Shown piece after piece: positions 38,415-50,744 of a stretch of 64,000 nt of DNA. Each line of letters starts with the position of its first letter. The stretch's first letter is position 1. The notes below the pieces were generated by a model. It ran no database searches and was not told the DNA's origin. It was given only the letters and a program-made list of their open reading frames with translations. This DNA comes from Camelus dromedarius (Eukaryota), in contig NC_087437.1 in assembly GCF_036321535.1 (NCBI RefSeq), positions 94,180,001 through 94,244,000 on the forward strand. Direction: 5' to 3'. The position numbers and the translations under genes are program-made.

Positions 38415-38479
38415 TATGTGTGCTTATTTCGCCATATTTTGTGTCACAGCTCTCTCCTATGGTAAATTTACATTTCCGT

Positions 38480-38745
38480 TCAAAACTGACCTACTAAGAT
38501 AGGCTTCCAAACATAACCACATCATCACCTTGCCTCTACTTGGCCTTGTTTTATTGTTCACCATAGCATTTCTCACTATATAGGATTTTATATTTACACC
38601 GATATTTATTTGTTCATTTGTTTATTTTCCATATCGCCCCCTGGAATGTAAATTACATAAGGGTGAGAATTTTGTTTGCTTACCACTGTATCTGCAGTGT
38701 CCAAAACAGTGCTCAGTAAATAACTCGCATAAATGAATGAATACA
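38480..38745 (+). mobile_element. L2 3' end
   Basis: ctggaatgtaaattacataagggtgagaattttgtt...cactgtatctgcagtgtccaaaacagtgc...aatgaatgaat. Confidence 0.75.
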
Positions 38746-39486
38746 TAAAAATGAACATAATGGCAACATTTTCTCAAATTTCTTATCTCACTATAGCTAA
38801 CATATTTTTCCCAGTTCTACATTTGTTGATGTCATTCAAAAGCTTAAAATATTTCATTGCTTTTCTGTCAGAGTCAGACTTCTTGGCAAAACATTCAAAG
38901 CCCTCCATGGTCCATAAGAAATCAATTTAAGTCTCCAGACCTATATCTCCATAGTCATTGGTTTATAATGTGTGATCTAGTAACCTTAAATTATATGTAG
39001 TAACTCACATATCATATGGTTATTGGCTATAATTTCTAATGTCTATTTATTCCTTTAATTATCCCCAAGCCAAAAATGAATAAAAATAGATAAGCAAACA
39101 CTTCACTAACCTTCAATAATTATTATTATTTAACAATATCAGTTCAAGACGTCAGACAAAGGGTGAAATTAGATAGTGACAAGTGCTATGAAAACAATAA
39201 AGCAGAGCACTGTGGCTGTGGCTGTGGCTGTGGCTGTGTGTATGTGTAACTCGGGTGGGGAGGCTACTTCATACAGTAAAATCAGGAAGGCTCCTCTTCC
39301 CTGAGACAACGTGTCTGTTGAGGGCTGAATTACCAGAAAGACTCAAGCATGTGAAGATCTAAGGGAGAATCAAGCAAGATGTATGTAGCAAAGGGCTTGG
39401 TATATCCCCACAGCAGAAGTTTAAGGTGACTGGAACCAGTGAGAAGGGAGGAGTATGGTATGAATTAAGGTCAAAAAGCCAGGTCA

Positions 39487-39676
39487 TATGGTAAGTTTAT
39501 TTTTAGCTTTCTAAGGAACCTCCATACTGTCCTCCGTAGTGGCTGCACCAATTTACATTCCCACCAACAGTCTCAGAGGTTTCCTTTTCCTCCACACCCT
39601 CTGCAGCATTTATCGTTTGTGGACTTTTTAATGATGGCCATTCTGACTGGTGTGAAGTGATATCTCATTGTAATTT
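39487..39676 (-). mobile_element. Inverted L1 ORF2 C-terminal segment (5' inversion)
   Basis: aggaacctccatactgtcctccgtagtggctgcaccaatttacattcccaccaacag...ggccattctgactggtgtgaagtgatatctcattg is antisense to 11358-11541. Confidence 0.93.
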
Positions 39677-40037
39677 AAGTGAAGTGAGCCAGAAAGAAAA
39701 ATTAAAATACCGCATGATATCACTTATATGTGGAATCTAAAAAAAAGACACAAATGAATTTATTTTCAAAATAGAAACAGATTCTTATGCATAGAGAACA
39801 ACCTTATGGTTACTAGGGGGTAGAGGAGGTGAGAAGGGATAAATGAGGAGTTTGAAAATTGCATCTCTTGGGGAGTGATGGAAATGTTAGGTATCCTGAT
39901 CGTGGTGGTGGTTTCATAGTTGTGTACATCTTTCAAAATTCATCAAATCATACATCTGAAATATATGTAGCTTACTGTACAAGAATTATACCACAATAAA
40001 ATTGTTTAAAAAAATAAAATCGAAAAAAAAAAAAAAA
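39677..40037 (+). mobile_element. L1 3' segment with poly(A) tail and chimeric 3' UTR
   Basis: aagtgaagtgagccagaaagaaaa...; A15 tail; perfect TSD aaaaagccaggtca at 39473-39486 and 40033-40046. Confidence 0.93.
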
Positions 40038-42534
40038 GCCAGGTCAGGACAAGATGATGTAGTTGGGTGCAGACTTTGGGAAAGGATTTTATTTATAATC
40101 TAAGCACAATTAGAAACCACTGGAGAGGTTTAAGAAGGGGAAACACACGATTCTGTTTACACATTAAAAAGTTGAAGGAGTGAATAAGAGAAAAGTGTTA
40201 GTTGTATTCCTCTGTATAATGTAGCTGTTTATAATGAATAAAAGGACATGACCAGAACTGTTAATTTCTCTTTCTGCTAGTTGAAGTGTAATAGACCATG
40301 TATTGTGAGACTTCAGACTTGACGTATTTGATATGAATTACATTCATTTAGGAGAACAGAGATTCACCAGTAAACTTGTTAATTCTCTTCTGAAAATATC
40401 CTAACCAGGTATTTGATAAACACTGCTAATTTTTAAAGATATATTAAAATATGATATGTGTTAATTATGTGTGTGTATATATATATATGTGAAAACATGT
40501 GAGAGAGGGGATAGAGTTGTTACAGAATAAGCAATTTAGATAGTTTTTATTTTGCTTTTTCAGTAATATGTGCTATACCTACTTTTAAGGTGTATATGAG
40601 GCAGTTTCTAGAATAATTTTTATAGTTTTAGACCCACCAATATTCATACTTGGGGGGTCTAATAAAATTGTGTTCCGAAAGCTCATAGGCATTTGGATGA
40701 GAAATACGTGTGCTGTCATACACGAGGGGATATCTCTGGCCTCCACTGAGGCATATTTTTCATCTCAGCTCTCACTTATGTTAATTATTATGTCATTGAA
40801 CCAAAAGTGTCTTTTGGGAGCACATCAAGAGGAACACATGTGCTAAGTTCTCCCCATTGTGAGCCCCAGGGTCCCTTTCGATCTGCTGTCGTTTTCGACT
40901 TCTCACACTTCAGACTGGACTCAGGGACTCTCAAGCACCATCTTGAAATGAAGGTTTTCTATGAGACATGCCTGCATGTTACTCTATCCTGAGAAGTGAG
41001 GCTGTGATCACATCTACTCTCGAGTGTTTACTAGTGACTTTTCTCTGTCACTTCCCCACCCTCAATTTGGGCAGATTTTAGACATTTACTTTGTTTATGT
41101 TGTGGAAACATTCCCATTAGAAACTCCACTCTTCCTTTTGGTTTTGTCTCTTACAGACAAAGGAGTGAAAACTGCTTAAATTCTTTATATATCTATCTCT
41201 TTGGTTCCCTGTGAAAATTCTGTATACTTTGATTCAGCAAAGGTCTAACTTTTATATTAAAAGTAAATTTTTCAGACTCAAACTCACATATTTTGTCTCT
41301 CAAGAGTCTGGATTTCATTTTAAAGTGTTGTCTTCCTTACAAACTTAAAAACAAACAAAAAGTCTGTTATTATGAAACTTAATGTTTTTATTCTACTATA
41401 GATCCATTTTCTTGGTAAAAAAATAAAGGCCAATGACTCAATGGATTTAGTGCCTTAAGAAACTGAGAATAAAATATATTTATCAATACAAAAAATAAAA
41501 ACATGAATTTACAAGGTAAACTTTAAATCTAGATTTAGAAATATAACATCTAAAAATATGGCAATATTATCAAGAGCATCTTTTAACATTTGAAAATAAT
41601 ATGGAGATACAATGAAGAAAAACATTGGATGCAGTGTAAATTTTCACCCAATTAGCAACTTCCCACCTAAATAAAATAATAAAATATTCTCGAAGTTTAT
41701 ATTATGTCGAGATTTTAAAAAAATTTTTAGACATTTTATATTGGAAAACAATGATTATAATAACCTCCAGTGAATCTGATAGGAATCCATGTTTTGGAAT
41801 CTCCTTTCTGTTAAAAGGAGAAAATCTCAAGCCTCATAATTTAGTACAGTTTTAAATATACACAATTACTTTTATGTTAGATTAAAAATACAAAGAAGGG
41901 GAATATATGAATAAAAATAATAATCAGCGCTATAGCTTCCTACAGTGCAATAAAGTGTGATGAATCTTTTTATCATCAAAATTTTATATATTGTTCACTG
42001 CTTTATAGCTAGTAAGAGATCACCAATATGAACAGTTACAAAACGTGTCACTTTTTAATGCAGACAGTTCGTTTTTACAGAAGCATCCATCAAACTTCTT
42101 GTTCTTCATAAAACTTTTTCTTTGCCTGATGAATATTTCAGTTTTCATGAACATTTATATACCAATTATAAATGCAAATGCTTTAGACAGAGAATATTAT
42201 GTAAAGTGGCACTGTATTGAAGAGGCGTATTTCTTAAAGAGGTCTTCACATGCAATACCAACAGCACTGTTATAATATTTACTGTCACTAAGATGTCATC
42301 TATCATTTATTTGTACATGTGGCATAAATCCTGTATATTTTCTCAGTAGTGTACTATATATAGAATTCTTTCTCTGTAAACACATGTCTTTTTGGCAAAA
42401 ATTAATGTAACCACTTTTACACAAACACATGCTAAGGTATCACTTATGGTGCCTCCAAAATTAAATAGAAATAGATCAATCTGTTTTCGTGCCTGAATTT
42501 TTAAGACACCTACTTGATCCTCATGGCCTGGAGT

Positions 42535-42722
42535 ACTGTTTCTCAAAGAAAACTTTATCACCAGAATTACCCGGAATGCTAGTTAAAAACAGTGGATTCT
42601 TTGTCCCAACTTAGACTTACTAAATTAGAATCTCTAATGAAAAAAATTCAGAATTTGAGAATGTACATTTTATAGTAACTTCCTTATTCATTCTTACATA
42701 GAACAAGGTTGACTACCATTAC
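42535..42722. mobile_element. MER5-like hAT-Charlie MITE
   Basis: ctgtttctcaaa...ccagaattacccggaatgctagttaaaaac...agacttactaaattagaatctct. Confidence 0.7.
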
Positions 42723-45266
42723 TCTGGTGGGTAAAATAGCATGCTCCTTGGGTTAATAAACAAGTCCTTTTATTCAGCCTCCAGCATAGTTTCAGAAAAG
42801 AAATCTCATACCCCCATGTACCAACTACCCAACCTTACATGAGCTATAACATCACATAACTGTCAACTTTCAACAGATGTTCATGTTCTGTCTAAACTTC
42901 TCATTTGCTTCTTTGGAGAGGTAAGTGACTAAACATGATTCTTAGTGGTAAAGTGAAGATCAGAATCTTCGCCTCTTAATTACATGCTTTGAAGTATATC
43001 CACCCTCTAATTTATTAAAATTATAAAATAAAAATGAAGGCAAATGAAATGTGCAGCATTGGAGGAAATTCAGAGAAAAACCTCCTTCCATGCTTTTGAG
43101 AAATTTTATTTCAGACCTGTTCACAAGCTGGAAAGCATTCATTTATTACATTTTAGAAGAGTTTTCTGAAATACCTTAAAACTACATTTAAATTTACTCA
43201 TGGATATGCTATTTCTCTGAGCATTAAACCATAACCTTGCATTTGCTCATAAACCTTTTGTTTATGCTGATTTTATGATTTTTACATTGTTCTACTTTCA
43301 TTAACCCTGGAATAAGATGACTTAATTTTCAAATACATTTGAAACTATTTGGTTGAACAGCTTGATAAAATTTTTAAAGTTACATTTGCAAATGGAAACT
43401 TCATAAAAGTAAGCTGTTGTTAATTAATTATATAAATAGGAAATAAAACCTGATTGATTTTAAATGGTGCTATTTTCACTATTTACTTTAAAATTTTTTT
43501 TTGATATTAAGGGTATTTGAATTTTCTACAAGAGTTTTGGTCAATGATCTTCCACTGCTATGCAAAATGTCATCATGTCAAAAAATATTTTTTCAGCATT
43601 TCCTACACTTATTTCAAGGTAAGAAATTTGATGTGGCAGTAGGTGATTGCATAATGGCAAATGTTCATGTTTACAAAGAAAATTCCATGAAGCCAACCAA
43701 TCTCCACCACTGGAATCCCTCAGAATGCGTAAATCCAGTGAAAATTTGTCACCTTGACCTAAACAATGTCAGTACCTAATGGACATTTTTGAAAATACAT
43801 CAATATGCAAGAACATAAATATTTGTATTCTTAATTTTTTATTTATGAAGTTGGACAATAGAGTTCAAAAGAAGCATTTGGGGACATTGGGTAGAGGATC
43901 AGTAAGTGGGAAAATCATGACAGTGATCAGGACACAAATAACAAAGGCACTGGCGGAGGTTCACCTGGGGACTGAAGAAACACCGGAAAGGAACTTCATA
44001 AACTTCTAAACTTTGCTTAATATTAGCTGAGATTGTGGCCTTGGACACATACCTGCCATCTTATGGGACCTATATTTATATTCAGAGTAATAGCGAGCCA
44101 CTGACAATTTACAAGCAAATGGGTAATGCTAATGGATTTGTATTTTAAAACAAGCAACGTTGTTTCAATGAGAAAAACCTTTTGATTATGTTTCAGAGTG
44201 TCTGTGGTTAGCCCATTTAGGGAAATATGAAAGTGGTTCTGATAAGAGTTGACTGTTTTTGAACGAACGGGGTGAATAACGATAAATAGGACTAGGCAGA
44301 GAAGGGCCACAGCGTACAAAAGACTGGATTGTTATTCCTGAAGTGGAACAAGGAGGATTCAGGAGGCTGAATAAGAGTCTAGCCAGAGTACTCATTTTTG
44401 GTAGAAAGAAAATTCCTTGATAAATCCATATAAAAGCTGCACTTCTTCTCATGGTACATTATGCATTTGTTCGAAAAAGAAGTTTATTTTCCTGGAATGA
44501 AATTACCACATCGATTTTCTCTCAGGATATCTTAAGCCCACTGAATGATTAAACCATTTTAAAGTAACTTGCATGTCAAAGTATCACCAGCTATCTGGAA
44601 AAATTTTTATAAAAGGCACAAAACTAGTAAGACAATCAAGTCAGGGCTATTGACTTCCTGATAGTGGTCTAACTATTTATTAAAAGAGAGATTTTCAACC
44701 AAACCACTCAATGTTTATTTTTCCCAAGAGATTATAAAGTGTTACCAAAGCTGTGAACTGTTGCCTTATAAAATAAAACACATTTAATAAAAAATCATAT
44801 CCTACAACATATATATCTGTATGTACACAGATGGATAGTACAGAGAGTTAAAAAGAAAAGCCTAGTAGAATGCAGCATAAAAAGGAATTAAGAAGAAGCA
44901 CTGATCCCAACATGATGTGTATCCTTATTTCCTTTTAGAGCCAAATTATTGGGGGGATAATCGCTTTAAAATTAATATAGAAGTAGACGGGAGCAGATGA
45001 AAGATGCATAGATTTTTAAAGTATTTAAGTTTACATACATAACCAGGGAAAATCAAATGTGCAGAAAGTCCTAAGAGTTAAAGCAGAGAGGAAATTTTTA
45101 AGGATACAAAGAGCATTTTTAAAAATCTACATAACATAATTTTCTGTGAGTTTAAAAATGTTATAGCATGTAAGACTTCTAGGTAAAGTGGGTAATTTGA
45201 TTTAACTTCATTTTTGAACTTTGCCCTTGCAAATATGGTTACAGTTTGGAATAATCTTTATTCATC

Positions 45267-45653
45267 TGTGATGAGTTGAACAGCATCCTCCCAAAAGAAA
45301 TGTCTGCAGTACTTCGAAGTCTGACTTTATTTAGAAATAGGGTCTTTACAAAAGTAATCAAATTAAAATATGATTATTAGGGTGAATCCTAAGCCAATAT
45401 GACAGATGTTCTTATAAAGGGAAATTAATTTGGGCCCAGAGATGGACCTGTACAAGGGGAAGACTACGTGAAGAGGTGCAGGGAAATATGTGAAAATGAA
45501 GGCAGACTGGAGAAATGCATTTACAAAACAAAGGATGCCAAAGACAGCCGGCAAACCACGAGAAGCTAGTAGAGGAGCATGGAACAGATATTTGGTCTTT
45601 TAATCCACACACCTTTTGGTAATTTATTACAGCAACCCTAGGAAACAAACACA
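45267..45653 (+). mobile_element. MaLR MLT1C-like solo LTR with internal deletion
   Basis: tgtgatgagttgaa...agcaaccctaggaaacaaacaca; perfect 5-bp TSD tcatc (45262-45266, 45654-45658). Confidence 0.88.
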
Positions 45654-46926
45654 TCATCTGAGTAAGTACATTTTCTTCAGAATATTGATGGATTAAAGAA
45701 ACGCTTCCCTAAGACCCGTGTAATATTTCATACTAATTGAACATCATTATTTGAAATATTTTTAATTATAGAAAATATTATTATAAAATATAGCCACCCT
45801 GGCGACCATTCAAAACCTTGAGCATACAAGTATGTAACATGGTGGAAAAAGTGTTATAATTTGAATTTACTTAGCACTAGAGAATGATGCTACAGACAGT
45901 CTTGTTCAAACTGGCATATAAATTTAAGCTCCTTGAATTTAAGATCTATTTCGAAGTCATTTTGGAATCTCTGTTCAAAACTAGCACTGCATCTCACATT
46001 TAACAAATAGTTGTTTAACGTAGGATAGTAGAGACACAAAAGGATAAAACTGTCATTCTTAAGTTTTCAAAAATAGAATATCTAAAATATAGTTAAATAT
46101 CTCTCTATTTTGAATTATATAAGAAGCAGATTCATAGAGCAGATCTAATAAGTTACTGTTTCCATAACTTGTAGTTCTGGACTTAGAAAAACACGTGCAC
46201 AGTGGTGTATATTTTGTGGTGAATTTTGGCACTTCCCCTCCATTCTGACAGATTTTAATCAGTGCATTCTATACAATAGAAAGATTTTTATAGTGAACAC
46301 CTATATTTATATTAACTGCTATTTGGATCACAAAACCCATTCTTTTCAAAATAAAAAACAGCTAGCTTTTTCTCCGACTAAGATTTAAGTGTCACACACT
46401 TTTGTTCACACTTACCACGGACAAGCACTCCCAAGAGTCAGTACAAAGAAGGATGGACATAAGCAAACTCTTGCCTAGGATTTTCTCTTCCTCAGTGTAT
46501 TTTCTCTGAGGGTTCTTGAATTCATTTGAAAGTTGGTGGTCCCAAACATCTTGTCTCAGTTGAAAAAAAAACAACAACAAGAAAACAAATTTCTTACATT
46601 ACAAAAAGTTTAGTATTGAAAAAGTATAAGCCAAAAAAAAAAAAAAAAAAAGAGAAGAGAAAAACCAGTCAAAGCAAGTTGTATTACTATGAACTGTGAT
46701 GATAATCAAATAGTCCATGTCAAACAGTTACTAAAATTAACCAGTAATGGAAAACTAACACTTGTTTCAATTTAAAACCAAGACCAACTCAAGACCTTTC
46801 TGAACTAACTCAAATACACTACAGGTAGGAGAATTCCTACTGCATGGACGGGGAGATTTCAGTGCGGGAGGATTTTGAATTAGGGCTCTGGGTTGGGCAG
46901 ATATGAGTGGTGGACCTGTGGCAGTA

Positions 46927-47349
46927 TGTGGCAGACATTGTGATATGCTGTGCAGGTCACCCTTCATGGATGGATTTGTTGCCTCAGCTTCTGGAATTGC
47001 TGTCAGCCTGCTCAGAGAACGCCCTAGAAGCAAGAGCTACCTTGTCCAAAGTGCCTTGCCTTTTCCCATGGTAGTCACGCCCAAAGTCTGATTAATGCAG
47101 GAGTTTTTAAAACCCTGGTCATTTCAACCCAATGAGAAACAACTATAAAAGCTCATTCTTGCTTCAGAGCACATGGATGATTGTTTGAGTTTGTCCTTGG
47201 GACTTCGATGCAATTTAATTTTTCCTTCGGCCCAATTTTGCTTCCCTCTCCTCCCTTTCATAGGTGTCAATCCCAGGGAAACTCTAATCAACATCCTGGA
47301 AGTTAAACTCCACCTCAGTCTCTGCTTCTCAGGTAATGCAACTGAGACG
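46927..47349 (+). mobile_element. ERVL LTR16A-like 5' LTR
   Basis: tgtggcagacattg...aggtcacccttcatggatggatttgttgcctcagct; ends aaactccacctcagtctctgcttctcaggtaatgcaactgagac. Confidence 0.8.
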
Positions 47350-49315
47350 ATCAGTTCAAGGGGTGGTCTCGGAGAGCAGGTACTCAGATTCTGGAGCTGA
47401 GTCTTTTGCAGTCTGACTGGTAAGGAGCTCTCATCTTGGGTCCCATCATTATGTCAAGAACATAGAGAGTTCCTGACATAAATGACAAACCAATAGTTAC
47501 CATTTACCAGTGGTGAATTGGGATGAAAGGAATGAATTATATAGAAGAGTATATGAGGTATTTGAGATAAACAGAAGAAATAGTAATTACAAATGTAAGG
47601 GAATTATGTGACTCTTACTGAACTAATTATGCTCAGTTGGCACTCTGGGAAAAACAAAATGTCAAGACAGATTGATGACCAGTTGAAAGCAAGGGTGAAA
47701 GCCAGAAGAAATCAGTAGCAGCACTTACTTCTGTGAAACAGGGGACTAGGTTTACCGGTATCACCCAGCTCAAAATGAGACAAAACTTTCAACTATCACA
47801 GGTCTTCAGTGTCAAGTTCAGAACCTTGGTTGGAAAAGAATGTGACACTGGCATGGAATGGGGACATTTGTGTTGCTGCCTCTGAAAATCTTGAGGCCCC
47901 AGATTCCCTGAGCTGAGCTGGCAAAAGTGGCCTAAACCCTCTCATTAAGAAGCAGCATCCCCTTTGCTTGAAAATAAGTCAGAAGGTTCCCCTGCAGATA
48001 ACCAGCGTCCTCCTCAGAATCTGCTCCCAACTTCTCTCCTGGCTGCTATCCTTATATACAGAGTTAACAGCAAACCTCAGCCAGGGATGTGCTTCACCTA
48101 ATGAAAAAAGATAGGGATTATATCTTAAAGGAGCTCCAAGATGTAGCCAGAAAAATCAGAAGGAGCAAGGAGAGTAGGCACGGGATTGGTTTCCGAAGGG
48201 CTTTGCTCAAGGGAAGGAACTCAGAAATAAAGTATAATAAAGAGACATTTTTCAGGAGCACTTTCTCTTGATACAGGATTTAACACTCTGGCAAGAACTC
48301 CAGGAGCTGATGTAAACTTGCCTCCAGAATGCCTCCAGGAATTGTGGAAGCATGAGGAACTGCAAGAATCGTCATGATAGAAAGGAGAGGAACCTATGAA
48401 AAGGATCAGAGAAGTAGGAAGGCTAGAGTACATATGCTATGTGAGTCTGGAAAGCCATCAAACAATCATGCCCCACAGGTGGCCTGGAAGGCAGGCCACG
48501 CACCAACGCCATAAGCATCACTGAGAGGCTGAGTGGTGGCTCTTCTCTGCACACCAGAGATAATGATAGGAGAGGTGATTACAGAATTCGTCTCACTGAT
48601 AGCGGTGGAGATAAATGATAGGACCCTTGAGCAGTGAGGCCAAATGGCAGCTATTAGAAGCCAAGTGAATGCAATTATCCTATTGAGGTCAGTGGGGTGG
48701 TCTTAGAGGCCTGATCAGCGAAATGTTACGGAAGTGGTTCACTGAAAACATGTCCAGAGGTGCAAAACAGTTGGAGCATCCAGGGAAAGTGAATGACCGA
48801 CAGATTGAAAGTGTAAAAAACACACTTTCTCCCCCAGTTTTCAGACCTGTGCTAGTTTTTGACCCTGAACCCACTGACTGAAGAGGTCAAGTCCCTAAGA
48901 GGAAAGACACCACCCTAGATGGTACACGCGCATGGGAACAATTATCCCGATTATTCTCCAAATGGAATTACCATCATTTGCTTGAGTAATTACATACTGG
49001 ATAAAGGGAATAGCCAAACACTTGAAGATTATTGGTCTGAGCTGACTCTGATATCCAGAGACCCCAAAGTACCATGACAGCAACCCATCTGAAGCACCCA
49101 GCAGTTGATTCTGACGGGAATAAACACGTATTTCAGGTATAAGTCAGCTTTTTCTGCTCACAGGCCTCAGCCGACACCAGTCTCGAAGGGCTGAGGGAGA
49201 ACTTGATCTATCAGCGTGGGATTCCACACATTCTCACCTCAGAGAAGAGGATGCATTTTACATGAAAGGAGGTGTGGAAGGGGCACAGGATCTAGGCATC
49301 CCCTGCTTCTGGGGA
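47350..49315 (+). mobile_element. ERVL internal region (ERV3-16A3/ERVL-E-like): gag, protease and integrase remnants, no 3' LTR seen
   Basis: Protease-like ELTLISRDPK (49039-49068); integrase-like LILTGINTYFRYKSAFSAH / ASADTSLEGLRENLIYQRGIPHILTSEKRMHFT*KEVW from 49105. Confidence 0.8.
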
Positions 49316-49799
49316 ATGGCAAAATCACTGAATTCTAACAACCTGTTAACATGGGTTGATAAATACAAAAATTTCCCAAGATATTTAGTAAATCATTAGG
49401 AAATAACTGTGTGGCACATAAACATGAACATATAGGACTCACATCATTTCCCACTAAACACCGTAGAACAGACCTGCACATTCTGATTAAGACTCTAAGT
49501 GGACTACAGACCACACTTTGAAAGGAGCTGCTTTATGTTTTTCAAGCTTTGACTGATCCTATTGGTTTTGTTTACACATATGGATTTCTCTGTATTTCTT
49601 TATTAGGCTTCAATGTCCTGACTTTCTGAGGTCCCCAGTCCTATCTGACGTACAGTGCTGAACACGCTCATGCCTAGGGTGAGGTCTAAGTGGACCGCAC
49701 CTGTTCATGTAGAACTAACCATTCATGCCTTAGCCCAACATGCCTCTATTTGGTCTCGCCACTTCAATTAATTCAGACAATGAAATGTATGGATTATTA

Positions 49800-50270
49800 A
49801 ATTGAATAAATCTGTCAAATCATGAGAAATGGGATACAAATTTGAGACTTTAAAAATTAATCCGGAACATTTATGTCTATCTAGTAGGAATTTCAAAGAA
49901 AGGAAAAAGGGATTAAAAAAAAACCCCAAGTAATAGAAGAAAATTCCTCAAGGATGAACAAAGCCTGAGAAGATTATTATTATTAAATTAAGATGCTCAT
50001 CTAGACAGACAGTCCTATATTTCAAAATATAAAAGCCCCCCCCCCAAAAAAATCATTAAGAACTTCCAGAAATAGGAAATGAAAGAAAAAGAAGGGACAT
50101 TAATTACTTAGCCATGAAAAAGGAAAAACTCATGGCCACCCATGATATGTGTCAAAATATTTATCATCATTCTAAATCCTAAGAGTTAGTAGGATAGTCT
50201 TTAAATTATTAGCAAAAACAGTTTTGAATCTAGAATTCAATAGGAAATCAAATGAATAACCATTTTCCTG
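49800..50270 (+). mobile_element. Ancient L1ME/HAL1 ORF1-like fragment
   Basis: ctagtaggaatttcaaagaaagg...taatagaagaaaattcctca...ttttgaatctagaattcaat; A-rich strand. Confidence 0.4.
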
Positions 50271-50304
50271 TAACTTAAATTCAGATTTAAAGAAACATAT
50301 ATAA

Positions 50305-50744
50305 AACTTAAAGCAACAAATATGTATTCTGTCACAGTATCAGAGGCCAGAAGTCTAAAATCAAGGTGTTGAGAGGGCCACACTCCCTCCAAAGGCTCTG
50401 AGGAAGAATCCTTCTTTGCCTCCTCTAGTTTCTGGTGGCTCTTGGCATTCCTTGGCTTACGGCTGCCACACTCCAGTCTTTTGCTTCCATCTTCATACGG
50501 CCTTGTGTGTGTGTGTGTGTGTGTGCGTGTGTAATTGAAATCCCTGAGCCTCTCCTTCATAAGGATACATATAATTGCATTTAGACCCACCTGGATAAAC
50601 CAGCAGAAACTTTTCAAGATTATCTTACATCTTTTGATGTATTAGATAATACTCATACTTTTTCCATATGAGGTAATATTCACATGTTTCAGGGGTTAGG
50701 ATGTTACTATATCTTTGGGGAGTATTTTTTTTTTGCCTACCACA
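50305..50744 (-). mobile_element. MaLR MLT1C/D-like LTR with internal (TG)n
   Basis: gaggccagaagtctaaaatcaaggtgttgagagggccacactccctccaaaggctctgaggaagaatccttctttgcctcctctag...gcctaccaca. Confidence 0.88.

Larger units (their letters stand above)
39160..40175 (-). mobile_element. L2 fragment interrupted by an L1 (pieces about 39160-39486 and 40047-40175)
   Basis: agtgacaagtgctatgaaaacaataaagcag...tcaggaaggctcctct; after the L1, ggattttatttataatctaagcacaattagaaaccactggagaggtttaag. Confidence 0.7.

Noticed and set aside
43590..43626. Plus-strand micro-exon (tttttcag...caag|gtaaga)
   Set aside because: Only 22 nt with a short pyrimidine tract and no supporting neighbours; expected by chance in 64 kb
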